Under the pieces are notes generated by a model. It was not told where the DNA came from. It searched no databases and worked only from the letters and a program-made list of their open reading frames with translations. From NCBI RefSeq assembly GCF_004010195.1, contig NC_057719.1, positions 74,526,043 to 74,590,042 of the forward strand: a DNA stretch of 64,000 nucleotides, given 5' to 3'. The translations under genes and the position numbers were made by a program. The DNA comes from Chiloscyllium plagiosum (Eukaryota). Below, in pieces: positions 38,720 through 51,904 of this stretch. Every line of letters begins with the position of its first letter. Position 1 is the stretch's first letter.

Positions 38720-40797
38720 CTCAGGAAAAGACTCTGAAATGCCAGTGGGTGACTGACCATGCATAAGCCTCTGGACTAATATCAGAGGCTACCCATTAGT
38801 GACTATGCTCCTGGCTGAAGGGTATCTTCCTCAACTTTACTGAGGACTGCTGACAACCATGACCATTTTCCTACCTTGGTAACTGCCCTCCATGGCAAGA
38901 CAAGGCTGACTGGAAGTCTGGTAGTTCTGAAAGGGGAGGGCAAAGTGCAAAAAGGAAAAGAATGCTGTGAGCATCCAAAAGGCTGTTTCCTTTCTAATCC
39001 ATGGCTGTATATAAAAAAATCTTGGCCCATTTGTATAATAAGGTTATACCTGTGGCCATTTTAAGTCAGTGCTTTTGGTTCTTCTTTATAACCAGAGGGA
39101 TTATCCATAACGCCAATATGCACAGGCAGAAGTGGCAGGTGACATCAATGGCCATGAAGGTCACAGGAAGTGGCTGCTGATGTCACTAGCCTGGGAGGGA
39201 AGGGACAGAGAGCTGAAGACTGTGGGGTTAATGAAGCAGAGCTGGCACCCTCCCTCGTCAGCTTACCCAAGAACACTCCTCCACATTATATCATAAATCC
39301 AATTGGACTGTTTACATTTCCAAACAGTAAAATAGCAAATAGATGACAGTACTTTCAAAATGTCTGCTGCTTAATGCCACTTGTCAGGTTCCTCTTCATG
39401 TATGTGCAATCCTTGCACCACCTGGAAGTGGCATTAGCACTATTTGCCACCTTTGTATAATCCTTTCAGTCATGGAACATCCCAGGTATTCAGTCAACAA
39501 TGAGATCAATGGTCCATATTTTATATCATTTTATATCACCAAAGGATTCTGGGTAATCCAGGAGCAGCAATTACTGTTTATATGCTGGTGAATTGTTTTG
39601 GAATTTTAGGGAAAAAAAAGTCAAAACAACAGCACTTTTAAAAGGAGGAAGACAGACAAAAGGCAGCGAGCACATGGTCAGTGAGGGAGAGAGAGAAAGA
39701 AACCTACACTCCTAACTGAAACAGCACTGAATCTGTGCACTTACTGCCTTTGCTGTTTGAATTCATGTATCTCTGGACATCAGAGTATGTCTAGGAAAAA
39801 TTAACAAACAGCGAAATTCACAGTGCAGGAACCTGTGTGGGAGAGCTGACAGCACAAAAACCGGTAAGTACACAGTTTTTTGCATAGGAGTGGTATTTTT
39901 GATAAGGGATGGCATTACTGTCGTACTGAGGGAGGATATTCCTGGAAATACATCCAGGGAAGTTATTTGGGTTGAACTGAGAAATAAGAAAATGATGATC
40001 ACCTTATAGGATTGTATTATAGACCGCCTAATAGTCAGAGTGAAATTGAATAACAAATTTGTAAGGAGATCTCAGCTATCTGTAAGAATAATAGGGTGGT
40101 TATGGTAGGGGATTTTAACTTTCCAAACGTAGACTGAAACTGCCATAGTGTTGAGGGTTTAGATGGAGAGGAATTTCTTAAGTGCGTACAAGAAAATTTT
40201 CTGACTCAGTATGTGGACGTACCTACTAGAGAAGGTGCAAAACTTGACCTACTCTTGGGAAATAAGGCAGGGCAGGTGACTGAGGTATCAGTGGGGGAGC
40301 ACTTTGGGGCCAGTGACCATAATTCTATTAGTTTCAAAATAGTGATGGAAAAGGAAAGACCAGATCGAAAAGTGAATGTTCTAAATTGGAGGAAGGCTAA
40401 TTTTGACGATATTAGGCAAGAACGTTCAAAAGCTGAAAGAGCGGGGGGCAGATGTTTGCTGGAAAGCTGGAAAATGGTAAGCCTTCAAAAATTAGATAAT
40501 GAGAGTCCAGAGAAAGTACATTCCTGTTAGGGTGAAAGGAAAGGCTGGTAGGTATAGGGAATGCTGGATGACTAGAGAAATTGAGGTTTGGTTAAGAAAA
40601 AGAAGGAAGCAAATGTCAGGCATAGACAGGAGAGATCATAAAGGCAGTATGACTATACTTAAGAGGAAATCAGGAGGGCAAAAAGAAGACATGAGATAGC
40701 TTTGGCAAATAGGGTTAGGGAAAATCTAAAGGGTTTTTATAAAAACATTAACGACAAAAGGGTAACTAGGGAGAGAATAGGGCCCCTCAAAGATCAG

Positions 40798-40896
40798 AGC
40801 TGAAAATGTGTTGAAAGTGAGGGCTGCAGATGCTGGAGATTAGAGCTGAAAATGTGTTGAAAGTGAGGGCTGCAGATGCTGCAGCCCTCACTTTCT
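40798..40896. mobile_element. PLE-terminus micro-insertion (tandem 40-mer plus fold-back) with 15-bp TSD inside CR1
   Basis: CCCCTCAAAGATCAG at 40783-40797 and 40897-40911. Confidence 0.8.
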
Positions 40897-42556
40897 CCCC
40901 TCAAAGATCAGCAAGGCAGTCAATGTATCGAGCCGGAGGAGATGGGGGAGATACTAAACAAGTATTTCGCATCAATGTTTACTCTGGAGAAGGACGTGGA
41001 AGATATAGAATGTGGGGAAATAGATGGTGACATCTTGAAAAATGTCCATATTACAGAGGAGCAGGTGCTGAATGTCTTGAAATGCGTAAAAATGGATAAT
41101 CCCCAAGACCTGATCAGGTGTACCCTAGAACTCAGTGGGAAGCTAGGGAAGTGATTGCTGGACACCTTGTTGAGATATTTGTAACATCAATAGTCACAGG
41201 TGAGGTACTGGAAGACTGGGGTTAGCTAACATGGTGCCACTATTTAAGAAAGGTGGTAAACACAAGCCAGGGAACTATAGACCAGTGAGCCTGACATCAA
41301 TGGTTGGCAAGTTGTTGGAGGGAATCCTGAGGGACAAGATGTACATGTATGTGGAAAGGCAAGGACTGATGAGGGATAGTCAACATGGCTTTGTGCTTGG
41401 GAAATGATGTCTCACAAACTTGATTGAGTGTTTTGAAGAAGTAACAAAGAGGGTTGATGAGGATAGAGTGGTGGACGTGATCTATATGGACTTCAGTAAG
41501 GCGTTCGACAAGGTTCCCCATGGGAGACTGGTTAGCAAGGTTCGATCTCATGGAATACAGGGAGAACTAGCCATTTGGATACAGAACTGGCTCAAAGGTA
41601 GAAGACAGAGGGTGGTGGTGGAGGGTTGTTTTTCAGACTGGAGGCCTGTGACCAATGTGTCACAAGAATTGGTGCTGGGTCCCCTACTTTTTGTCATTTA
41701 TATAAATGATGTGGATGTGAAATAGCAGGTATAGTTAGTAAATTTGCAGATGACACCAAAATTGGAGGTCTAGTGGACAGTGAAGAGGGTTACCTGAAAG
41801 TACAACAGGATCTTGATCAGATGGGCCAATGGGCTGAGAAGTGGCAGATGGAGTTTAATTCAAATAAATGCGAGGTGCTGCATTTTGGAAAAGCAAATCT
41901 GAGCAGGACTTATACAATTAATGGGAAGGTCCTGGGGAGTGTTGCTGAACAAAGAAATCTTGGAGTGCAGGTTCATAGTTCATTGAAAGTAGAGTTGTGG
42001 GTAGATGGGATAGTGAAGAAGGTGCTTGGTATGCTTTCCTTTATTGGTCACTGCATTGAGTATCAGAGTTGGGGGGTCATGTTGCGGCTGCACAGGACAT
42101 TGGTTAGGCCACTTTTGGAATATTGCGCGCAATTCTGGTCTCCTTCCTATCGGAAAGATGTTGTGAAACTTGAAAGTGTTCAAAAAAGATTTATAAGGAT
42201 GTTGCCAGGGTTGGAGGGTTTGACCTATAGGGAGAGGTTGAATAGGCTGGGGCTGTTTTCCCTGGAGTAGAGGATGAGGGGTGACCTTATAGAGGTTTAC
42301 AAAATCATCAGGAGAATGGATAGGATAAATAGACAAGGTCTTTTGCCTGGGGAAGGGGAATCCAGAACTAAAGAACATAGGTTCAAGATGAGAGAGGAAA
42401 GATATAAAAGGGACCGAAGGGACAGCTTTTTCACGCAGAGGGTGTTACATGTATAGAATGAGCTGCCAGAGGAAGTGGTGGAGGCTGGTTCAATTACAGC
42501 ATTTAAAAGACGTCTGGATGGGTATATGAATAGGAAGGGTTTAGAGGGATATGAGC

Positions 42557-42763
42557 TGGAAATGTGTTGTTGGAAAAGCGCAGCAGGTCAGGCAGCATCC
42601 AGGGAACAGGAGAATCGACGTTTCGGGCATAAGCCCTTCTTCAGGAATTATGCCCGAACCGTCGATTCTCCTGTTCCCTGGATGCTGCCTGACCTGCTGC
42701 GCTTTTCCAGCAACACATTTCCAGCTCTGATCTCCAGCATCTGCAGACCTCACTTTCTCCTCC
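42557..42763. mobile_element. PLE fold-back insertion with 16-bp TSD and hammerhead core, inside the CR1 3' end
   Basis: TTAGAGGGATATGAGC at 42541-42556 and 42764-42779; minus strand CTGAAGA-A-GGGC-TTAT-GCCC-GAAACGTC at 42644-42617. Confidence 0.85.
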
Positions 42764-43507
42764 TTAGAGGGATATGAGCCAAGTGCTGGCAAATGGGACC
42801 AAATTGAGATGGGATATCTGGTTGACATGGACGAGTTGGACCAAAAGGTCTGCTTCAGTTCTGTACATCTCTATGACTCTACAACACTAGATACCAGTGG
42901 ATCTATGTCAATACCTGTAGAACTAATGAGTGGACTAATTAACATTATTAATCATCTCCTGATATGGCAGGAAAACATAGCCTTAAGAAATTACATTAAA
43001 TTTACAATAAAGGGAAAATAGCATCTTCCCAGGGTCTAATAGAGTAGTTTAGCACATAAGTAGTTTTGAATTCATTCCAGGCAAACAGTGATTGCATTAC
43101 TTTGACCCATCTGGAATTTTAAAAGCACACAGGTCAGTTATTATTATACCTGAAGGTTGGTATAATAATGAAGGTTGGTTGGAAACTGAACATTGCAATG
43201 GAGAGTTATATCTGAAATTGACAACTTCAAAGTATAAAGGCAGTTCCAAATCCTAACATCTGATAAGCTATACTCAGACTGCTCGAAGTCAGATAAATAT
43301 CAGTTTTGTTTTTCTGTGTTTATGATGAGTGATAATTAAGTTGTAAATTGGAGGTTTTCCTTTTGTATCTATCATTAACATCTCGCACTGTTGAAGTCTT
43401 TGTTCAATAATCCAGCAATCATTTATACAATGGTATTATTGTAACAAGTTCAGACAGACTCCTAGAAAGAGTTTTAGACTTAAGGTGCTCTCTGTTATTT
43501 TTGCTCT

Positions 43508-43772
43508 AGATTAATTAGATTCCCTACAGTGTGGAAACAGGCCCTTCGGCCCAACAAGTCCACACCGCCCCTCCGAAGAGTAACCCACCCAGACCCAATT
43601 CCCTCTGACTAATGCGCCTAACACTATGGGCAGTTATTTTAGCATGGCCAACTCACCTGCCCTGCTCATCTTTGGAATGTGGGAGGAAACCGGAGCGCCC
43701 AGAGGAAACCCATGCAGACACTGGGAGAATGTGCAAATTTCACACAGACAGTCGCCCAAGGCTGGAATTGAA
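43508..43772 (-). mobile_element. tRNA-derived SINE (HE1-like), 5' truncated
   Basis: Shared core and TTAGATT tail. Confidence 0.85.
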
Positions 43773-44918
43773 CTACATGTCCAGTTACAGAGTAAAAAAG
43801 TACTGTAAGTCCACATCAGCTGGACAAAGGATTGTGTCTGAGCTCAGGTTAAGTAAATCATGTCAGTGCTGTAGTGTTATGTTCCATCCAGCCAGCTCAA
43901 TATTGGAATCAGCTGACAGCCCTGTGTTTTGTCTGGCAGCAAAACAGATCATGTTCACAAATTATTCTGACTGTGCTGCTACCTTGTTACTATGCTGACG
44001 GGTACACTTCAGATTGTCATCAGTTTTAGTTGCAGTTGCCCCAGATTCAGTGGTCTTATACAAAGTCTAATACTCTGCTCAGACACACATTCTTTTGCTC
44101 AAACATTTAGACATGAATACCAATCACTTTCTTCCAGGGATTATTATTTTTAGTTCTAATGTAGATTTTTTTTAAACTTGATTAGACGTGTGACCTTTGT
44201 GCAGACAAAGCAAACATGGAAATCTCCTCCAGTTTCCAATTATGTTAGGCTGGAGAAGCTAATGTCAAATTAAACCATCCTCTCTATAGCATACCCATCT
44301 GACAGAGATCTAATTTCCTGCACCTTTCTCATTACATTATTCTTCAACGAACAGACGAAACTCTCACCTGACTCTTCCGCAATGAAGACGTCTTTGTTAA
44401 AGTCCTGCAAGTCTGTAATAAAGCTTGTCAAACTGTCATGAATTACTAATTTGAAGAACAATTGGTGAATTAGAAGTTTGCTTGTATTCCCTCATGACTG
44501 TGACCATAGTGAAGTAGCCCTCTTCACTGTTCTCAAACTGTCTTCCATCTCTGATATGGCTAATCCCACCATCCTCCTATGACACACACTATCTTTTCAT
44601 TACCTACTTGGGTGGATCATCATCTGATTCCATTCCTGCTGTCTAGTTGTAGCCAGAGAAGTCTTGTATTGGTTTTTCATCCCGTTGTGGCACTGTTACC
44701 TCCGGAGCACTTCAAATATCTATATGTTACTCCCTCCTATTTTTCACAGGCACGCTGCTCCTCAATGCCAAAAACCACAATGTCAAATTGAACGTTTCTC
44801 AATGATCAAGAATAGAAACCCTGCCCGATTTTGCCCTCCTTAACTAAAGGCCAACTCAGATGATCAAACTTGTCATAGGTGAGGAATAACCTTGCCCTGG
44901 TGGCTTAGGTCTAAATTG

Positions 44919-45223
44919 TTAGATTAGATTACTTACAGTGTGGAAACAGGCCCTTCGGCCCAATAAGTCCACACCGCCCCACCGAAGCGCAACCCACCCA
45001 TACTCCTACATCTACCCCTTACCTAACACTACGGGCAATTTAGCATGGCCAATTCACCTGACCTGCACATCTTTATGACTGTGGGAGGAAACCGGAGCAC
45101 CCGGAGGAAACCCACGCAGACACGGGGAGAATGTGCAAACTCCACACAGTCAGTCGCCTGAGGCGATAATTGAACGTGGTCTCTGGCGCTGTGAGGCAGC
45201 AGTGCTAACCACTGTGCCGCCCA
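44919..45223 (-). mobile_element. tRNA-derived SINE (HE1-like), young-looking
   Basis: GGGCGGCACAGTGGTTAGCACTGCTGCCTCACAGCGCC head; CpGs retained; (TAATC)n tail. Confidence 0.9.
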
Positions 45224-45599
45224 GGATGTGATGTGCATTTGTTCACCGAGCCATCAGGATCACCGTAAATTTCACCACTTGTTTTGTATAAAGAAAGAAA
45301 TGCCAACTTGAATAGCAAATGGAATTGTAAATGTGGACACATTTCTGTAATTGATGTAAAATAGGGATAAGTTATTATTGATCCTGGCCTAGGGCATCAA
45401 GACAATTATTAGACACCTGATATTTGTGGTGTTAACGACTGTACCCTAGGTTTTTAGTGCGAACTGCAGCTTCAAAAAATTCATATGAGCTCAAATGATG
45501 CCCCAATTACTACCCTCCACAAGCACATATTTTAATCAATTTGTTCAGGCACATTATAACACACCTCTTCAGTAGCTGGAACTTGAAGAGAGGTAGGGA

Positions 45600-46740
45600 T
45601 AAAATAAACATAATGCTGTACAATTAACAGAAGTGGAATTTAAGATGGAGAAGTGAGAGGTGATCAGTTTTAGCAGAAGAGATAAAGAGAGGCAATATAG
45701 AATTTGTGAGATAATTTAATGAGTTTGCAGACAGAATAACATTCATGTATGTTGATGTTTGAAGGTTCAGAAAAGATAATGGGTAAAGCATATAGTATCC
45801 TGGTCTTCGTCACCACAGATAGTGAGTACACAAATAGGAAGTTTTGAAGAACTTTTATAAAGCTGTGGTTAAGGCCACAATTAAAGTAATGCATCCAATT
45901 CTGGTCTTCATATCTTAGTAATGATGTGGAAATCCTTGACAAAAAGCAGAGGAAACTTGGCTGACTGGTTCAAGGGATGAGTAATTTTAGCCACAAGGTT
46001 ATCTGGGGAATCTGGGGTTGATTTCTTTAGTCATAGAGTTACATAGCACAGAAACAGACCCCTCAGTCCAACTTGTCCATGCCAACCAAATATCCTAAAC
46101 TGGGAGAAAGTGAGGACTGCAGATGCTGGAATGAAACTTCGACTCTCCTGCTCCTCGGATGCTGCCTGACCAGTTGTGCTTTTTCAGCACCACACTCGAC
46201 TTGGATATCCTAAACTGATCTAGTCCCATTTGCCAGCATTTGGCTGACATCCCTCTAAACCCTTCCTATTGATGTATCTATCTAAATGATTTTTAAATGT
46301 TGTAATTGTACCCTCCTCTTCAAGACCTCCATGTCCCCAATCAATGCTCTTAGTCGCTGTTGTGTATCATGTCTGATATGAGGAATTTACTAGATGGGTA
46401 CAAGAGAGCATGTTTAACAAACGTATACATGATTATGAGTGTTTTAAATAAAGTAGGTAAAGTAATTACAATTAGTTCATCCACAAGGATAAATGCCACA
46501 GATTTGAGATTTTGGTCAAAACACAAATGCTAAAAATATTTATAGGTGCACATAGTAATAATCTTAATTTGTTACCCACAAGTGTAGTTGAAGCAGAGAC
46601 AATGATTTAAAAAGAAAATTAGATGGACACTTTTAAGTAAACTTGCAGGGCTGCAAGGATAGAGCTGGGGAATGAGAATGACTGCAATGCTCCATGAACA
46701 GTCAGCATGGACTGAGCACCAAATGGCCTTCTTCTGTACA
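45600..46740. mobile_element. Old + strand CR1 remnant with a nested minus-strand CR1 3' end (46030-46320)
   Basis: Decayed LRPQLK.CIQFWS; GTCATAGAG tail of the nested copy. Confidence 0.65.
46103..46204. mobile_element. PLE micro-insertion with internal inversion and 13-bp TSD
   Basis: ATATCCTAAACTG at 46090-46102 and 46205-46217; two pLTR pieces in opposite orientation. Confidence 0.8.
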
Positions 46741-47448
46741 AGGAAAATGAGCTCCAGCTAATGTCTCTTAAACACGCACATACGCTGCATGTATGTTCTA
46801 GTTAAAGCAGCCATGAACTACCTTGTAGTTAATGGCTGATTAACCTCCAGTGGTCTGTTTGAGTTTGTCGGAGTGCTTCTTGATTTGAAGGGTTAGCTTA
46901 AAGTTGGGGAAGTCAACAATGAGTGGGTTTAAGGGGAAATGAAATAGTTTATTAGGTTTGATTGGAAGCTCTTAATTCATATTCAAACAGAGGATCAGTT
47001 TCCTGGCAGGCTCAAAAGATTCAGTACCTGCAGAGCACAACAGCATTACAGACCGTGCATACTCTGCTCTGGATTCTTCCTGCAGCTGAAGGGCTTAGTC
47101 ATTATGACACGATCATGGCCACATGAAAATACAGGATCCTACAAAAGTCCTGGGACCACTGGGAAAGGAACAGAGGAAAAACTTCCAAACTGCAAAATAA
47201 TACAGCTTGCTGGCTCTGGGCAGTTAGAACTTAGTCTTTAAGTGATAAGGAAGCGATGGAAGATCACTGACTCAATGCTGGGATTGGTTAGGGCTCAGAA
47301 GCTTTAGCAGTAATTTATATCTGTGTAACCATAAAACCATTTAAAGCCATCAACGAAAGTTGGAATCATCCGAAAGCATAAGTGCAGGAATACAGTCTTA
47401 ACAACACTCAGGAAAAGGAACTGAACTATTAAGAGATGACAGTGATTC

Positions 47449-47930
47449 AGGATGGTAGCTCAGTGGTCAGTACTGCTGCTTCATATAGCCAGCAGCCCAG
47501 ATTCAATTCCACCCTCAGGCGACTGCGTGGTTTGCACATTCTCATTTCTATGTGGGTTTCCTCCAGGTGCTCCAGCTTCCTCCCATTACCCAAAGATGTG
47601 CAGATGATGTGGACTGGATATGATAAAAGTAGTGTTGCCAGAGACTTTGGGGTGCAGGTTCACAGTTCCTTGAAGGTAGAGTCACAGGTAGACAGGGTAA
47701 TTAAGGTGGCATTTGATATGTTTGAATTAATGGGTCAGTGCATTGAGTATAGGTACTGTGGTATGTTGTGAACAGGACATTGCTGTGTTCAATTCTGGTC
47801 TCCCTGCTTTAGGAAAGATGTTGTTAAACTTGAAAGGGCACAGAAAACAAGGATATTCTCAAAACTCGCTAAGGAGGATATTATTGGGGTTTAGAGGGTT
47901 TGAGCAAGGCGGAGGAGCTGAATAGGCCTC
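47449..47930 (+). mobile_element. HE1-like SINE (47449-47625) abutting a CR1 fragment
   Basis: TAGCTCAGTGG A box; RDFGVQVHSSLKVESQVDR. Confidence 0.75.
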
Positions 47931-50358
47931 TTGAGGGAAACTACGTTCACAAGATTTTGTTCACATCTGGCAGGGTTGCTGAGTAATCTGTAGTCACAGC
48001 TGCCATGCAACACAGTGTGGTGCAATGTGTCCGTTAATTCCTATTTACCATTGTTGCATGTTATAATACAGGATAGACAGTAGAACATAATCAAAAAAGT
48101 AATATGTAGTAAACTTTATTTTTAGTTGTTTGGAACTGAAGTCACATGTATTTCTTCTCCAAGTATGCAGAGTTGAAAATTTCATCTGTTTTAAATAAAT
48201 ATTTGAGGCCCAAACCAGATTGAACTTCAGGTTCTGGTCTGCAATCGCAACAGGCTGCAGTAGCAGATGTGATGTGCATAGATTTCAGTTACAAACCACT
48301 ATTCAGCCACACGTTAAACCTGTAGTATATGCTTTTGTATAACCACACTTGCATCAACGGAAAATATACCTGATGTTTTCATGTTATTACAATTTCACAA
48401 GTACTTTGACTCACTAACATATATCTGAATGCAACCTCTAGAATTTTTGTGGTCACCTTCCATAGTAATTGGACAGTATATGCCAAAATTAACCAGTACA
48501 TGGATGCTTGACAGCAATATGAAAGAAGCACTAATGGAATAAACAAAATATGAAATTGTAGAAGTAACTACAGCCACAGGTGACCAGTTGCCACAGGTAA
48601 GGGGTACTCTGCTAACTACAGAGTATATCACCAAGGAGAAGAGAAGAGGATAGACCAGGAAGATGGCAGGGCAAAACATGGCTAATGTGAAAATTGAAGA
48701 GCTGGAAATAAAACCATTCCCATCATCAAGAATAATAGGGATTCAGCGATATACAAGATACTGTAACACCCATTGCTCTGAAAGGCTGCTAATAAAGGGG
48801 TAGCTAATTCATTCTCCATTGCCTCAAAAGGTATTTGGTGCATCGCAGTAGAAACATATGCAAGATTTTGTCCTCTTACACCAGGAGCTTCCTGAATTTG
48901 CAGGCCACTCCTGTTAAGTTTTCCTACAACAGTAGTTACAGTTTAACATTCAATTTATAGTCCCACAAACAGCAAGTTTAATAAATGACCAGTTAATCTG
49001 TTTTTGCCATGTTAGCTGAGGGATACCAATTGTCACAATAGGGACACTATTCTGCCACAGGACTTGTATTGTTATTTGAGGGTACAGGGCCTTGTTTTGA
49101 TGGCACATTCAAAAGACATTACTTCCAAAAGGAAACACCTGACAGATTGATTCTCTGAAATGACAAGTTTAAATCTTTGTGATTCAGTACCATGAATAAG
49201 AAGCATGCTCCAGCTGCTGTTTGTGGAGTGAGCCACAAGGAACAGAAGGTTCAATTCCCACTACGATTGAGCTGAACAAAAGAATGCTATAATTAGTTTC
49301 AGTCATTCTGTTTTCAGACTTACACAGTCCAATAAACATTGCAAAAACAGAGAAGCAAAATATTGAAGATGCTGGAAACCTAAAATTAAATAACTGGATC
49401 ACTGGGTCCTAAGTGGTTTAGCTTTAGGAATGATGCAAGAAAAATCATGCTTGTTAAGTAGAAGTCTATTTAAACATGAAAAAAAGTGTAATTGTTGGAT
49501 AACACCACCTGCAAGTTCCTCTAAGGAACACAGCACCTTGAACATACTTCTTTATAGCAGGATCAAAACCCTGGAATTCCAGGTACTCCAGCACTGGAGT
49601 AGGTCATAAGATTTAGGAGTAGAAGCAGGCCATTCAGCCCATCATGTCTGCTCCACTATTTGATGATGGCTGATATGCTCCTCAAACCCATTTTCCTGCC
49701 TTCTCTCCATAACCCTTCAACCCAATATCAATTAAAAATCTGTCTAATTCCTCCTCAAATTTACTCACTGTCTCAACATCCAGTAGCTTCATAATAAGGT
49801 TGCCCACCATGTGAGCACAATTAGACACTGGCAATTACAGCAATGCATTGCCAACACCACCAACATCCCATGGGAAAATGAACAGGTTTTATCTGACATT
49901 CAAAATGTAAGGAAAGCAATCTGATGAAGATATTCTACATATGTTAAGATTTTATATTTTGAAACATCACTAGCTGCTGATAAAGACATTTCTGTACATT
50001 GTACTAATTGAATGAGGTGGGGAGCAATTGTAGATAAATTTAGGTGTTTTGCAGATTACTTGCAATTATTTAAAATTCCACACCAAAATTAAGACAGATA
50101 CAAACCTATCATGTCAACAGCTGGCACAGATCCAAAACAAGTTATCAAACTTTCTAAAAGAAAAAACTGCTCAAGAGGGTTATAGCATTTTGTTTTTCCA
50201 TAACTTCTAGATTTTCAACATTAGTACGTATTTTCTTATCCTCACTTCTGGATCCTTCACGGTCGTTTAAGGATACCATTGTTTGTGAACTTCTGCCTGT
50301 AGCTCAAGTTGAGAAATATGAATCTATGGAACTCAAAACAAAAGTACTATGTACAATC

Positions 50359-50411
50359 TTTATTTAAAAGCAGTACATAAGAGAAATGTAATTTACACCA
50401 TTACATTTATT
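50359..50411 (-). terminator. SRSF5: SRSF5 polyadenylation signals (AATAAA at 50406-50411 and 50359-50364)
   Basis: TTTATT hexamers on + about 220-270 nt past the stop codon in an AT-rich 3' UTR. Confidence 0.7.
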
Positions 50412-50629
50412 ACCAAAAGTAAAAAATAAATTGGATTCATAGTCAAAGAAACCAATGTCAATGAAGAAAGAAATTGGAGCAACTCAACTCTGCATGTGAC
50501 AAGTTAAATGAATACAGCTCAGTAAATACAAGTACTGCAGTTCTAACAAATTTAAGATCTGCATTTCTCATTTAAATTCATCCCTTTACACCAACTTTCA
50601 CTCACAAGTAAAAGTCCACAATAGTGTGT

Positions 50630-50849
50630 TTAGTCTGTGCTCTCACCAGAAGGTGAACGTGTGCGTGATCTTACATGATCCCCAGATGCCATAGAGGAAT
50701 GGCCTCTCTGCTCCTTGGCAGGAACAGGTGATCTACTCTCAGATCGGGATTTGCTACGGCTTCTGCTCCTGGAACGACTGTAGGACTTACGGCCTCTGGA
50801 ACGAGATCTGGAGGAGCTTCGACTACGGGAACGAGACCTGCTACGAGAC
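50630..50849 (-). CDS. SRSF5: SRSF5 last coding exon (RS domain)
   Basis: acceptor CCCTCTCAG|; SRSRSRSRSRSSSRSRSRGRKSYSRSRSRSRSKSRSESRSPVP...STD*. Confidence 0.95.
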
Positions 50850-50939
50850 CTGAGAGGGGGGAGAACGTAAGAACAAAACAAAGCTTTGAATAACCACAAT
50901 TCAATATGACTTTATTAAAACTAATTATATAAACAAAAA

Positions 50940-51088
50940 AAAAAAGGATTGCTGGACAAACTCAGCAGGTCTGGCGGCATCTGTCGCGAGAAAATAGTTA
51001 ATGTTCGAGGCCTGTTTCAGAACTGATCCAAAGAGTCACTGGATTTTTCCAGTGACTTCAGATCTTCAGCATCCAAAGTTTTTGTTTT
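50940..51088. mobile_element. Old PLE pseudo-LTR remnant with small hairpin in SRSF5 intron 7
   Basis: TGCTGGACAAACTCAGCAGGTCTGGCGGCATCTG; AGTCACTGGA-TTTT-TCCAGTGACT. Confidence 0.55.
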
Positions 51089-51904
51089 AACTCGAGAAAC
51101 AGGCTGGCTCAATTCAGGTCCACCCTGTTTGCATCAAGCCAAACATTGACAAATTTGTCAGACAGAAGTAGTTTTAAACAGCATCAGCTAGGTGACATGC
51201 AACAGCAGAATGTATTATCAAAGTGGAACTACATCAGTTTAGGAAATCTGGTCAGCACAGATGAGTTGGACCAAAGGGTTTGCTTCCATGCTATATAAGT
51301 GTATAGCTAGCTCAGAGGCTGATCAAATATGTGGGGGGTGNNNNNNNNNNNNNNNNNNNNNNNNNNNNNNNNNNNNNNNNNNNNNNNNNNNNNNNNNNNN
51401 NNNNNNNNGGGGAGGGAGAGAGAGAGAGAGAGAGAGATTTTATTTTTACATATACCAAAGTAGAGGAATACTGTGAGAGGTGCACAAGTTGCCATTCCCT
51501 GGTGCCATCTTAGAATACAAAAGACAGATTAAAAAAACAGAAGCAGAAATAAAAGAAACAGCCAAAAGAGAAATATCCAGATCACTCCTTCAGGAGTCCT
51601 TGCTGCCAGAAAAACAACGCAAACACTCAGGTGCCCCAAGTCCTCACAGACAGAACGCCACAACCTCTACTGTCAGGTACCCAGGCCCAGACATGGCCTG
51701 GAACTGTACTGCTGCCACTGGAACCTCATCACCATTCTTTGGAGGCAAGGTGGCGCCATCGACCTTGTCACTACTGGTATGATTCCGCACTGAGCTGATC
51801 TCGGCAACGCAGCTGCTGGGTCCCAAACTGAATGCTGGGCCCATCATGCTGAAGCAGTCGGGTTTTCATTTTAATAAACACTTCCCTGAACTTGTAACTG
51901 AAAG

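Larger units (their letters stand above)
39545..42880 (+). mobile_element. CR1 (HER1-like) LINE with 5' UTR, ORF1 deleted, ORF2 degenerate
   Basis: 5' UTR is the reverse complement of 10380-10690; GDFNFP, SDHNSI, YMDFSKAFDKVPHG, KFADD, LVRPLLEYC; CTCTATGACTCT tail. Confidence 0.92.

Noticed and set aside
43140..43178. 11-bp inverted repeat with an adjacent 10-bp direct repeat
   Set aside because: Small template-switch scar with no sign of function.
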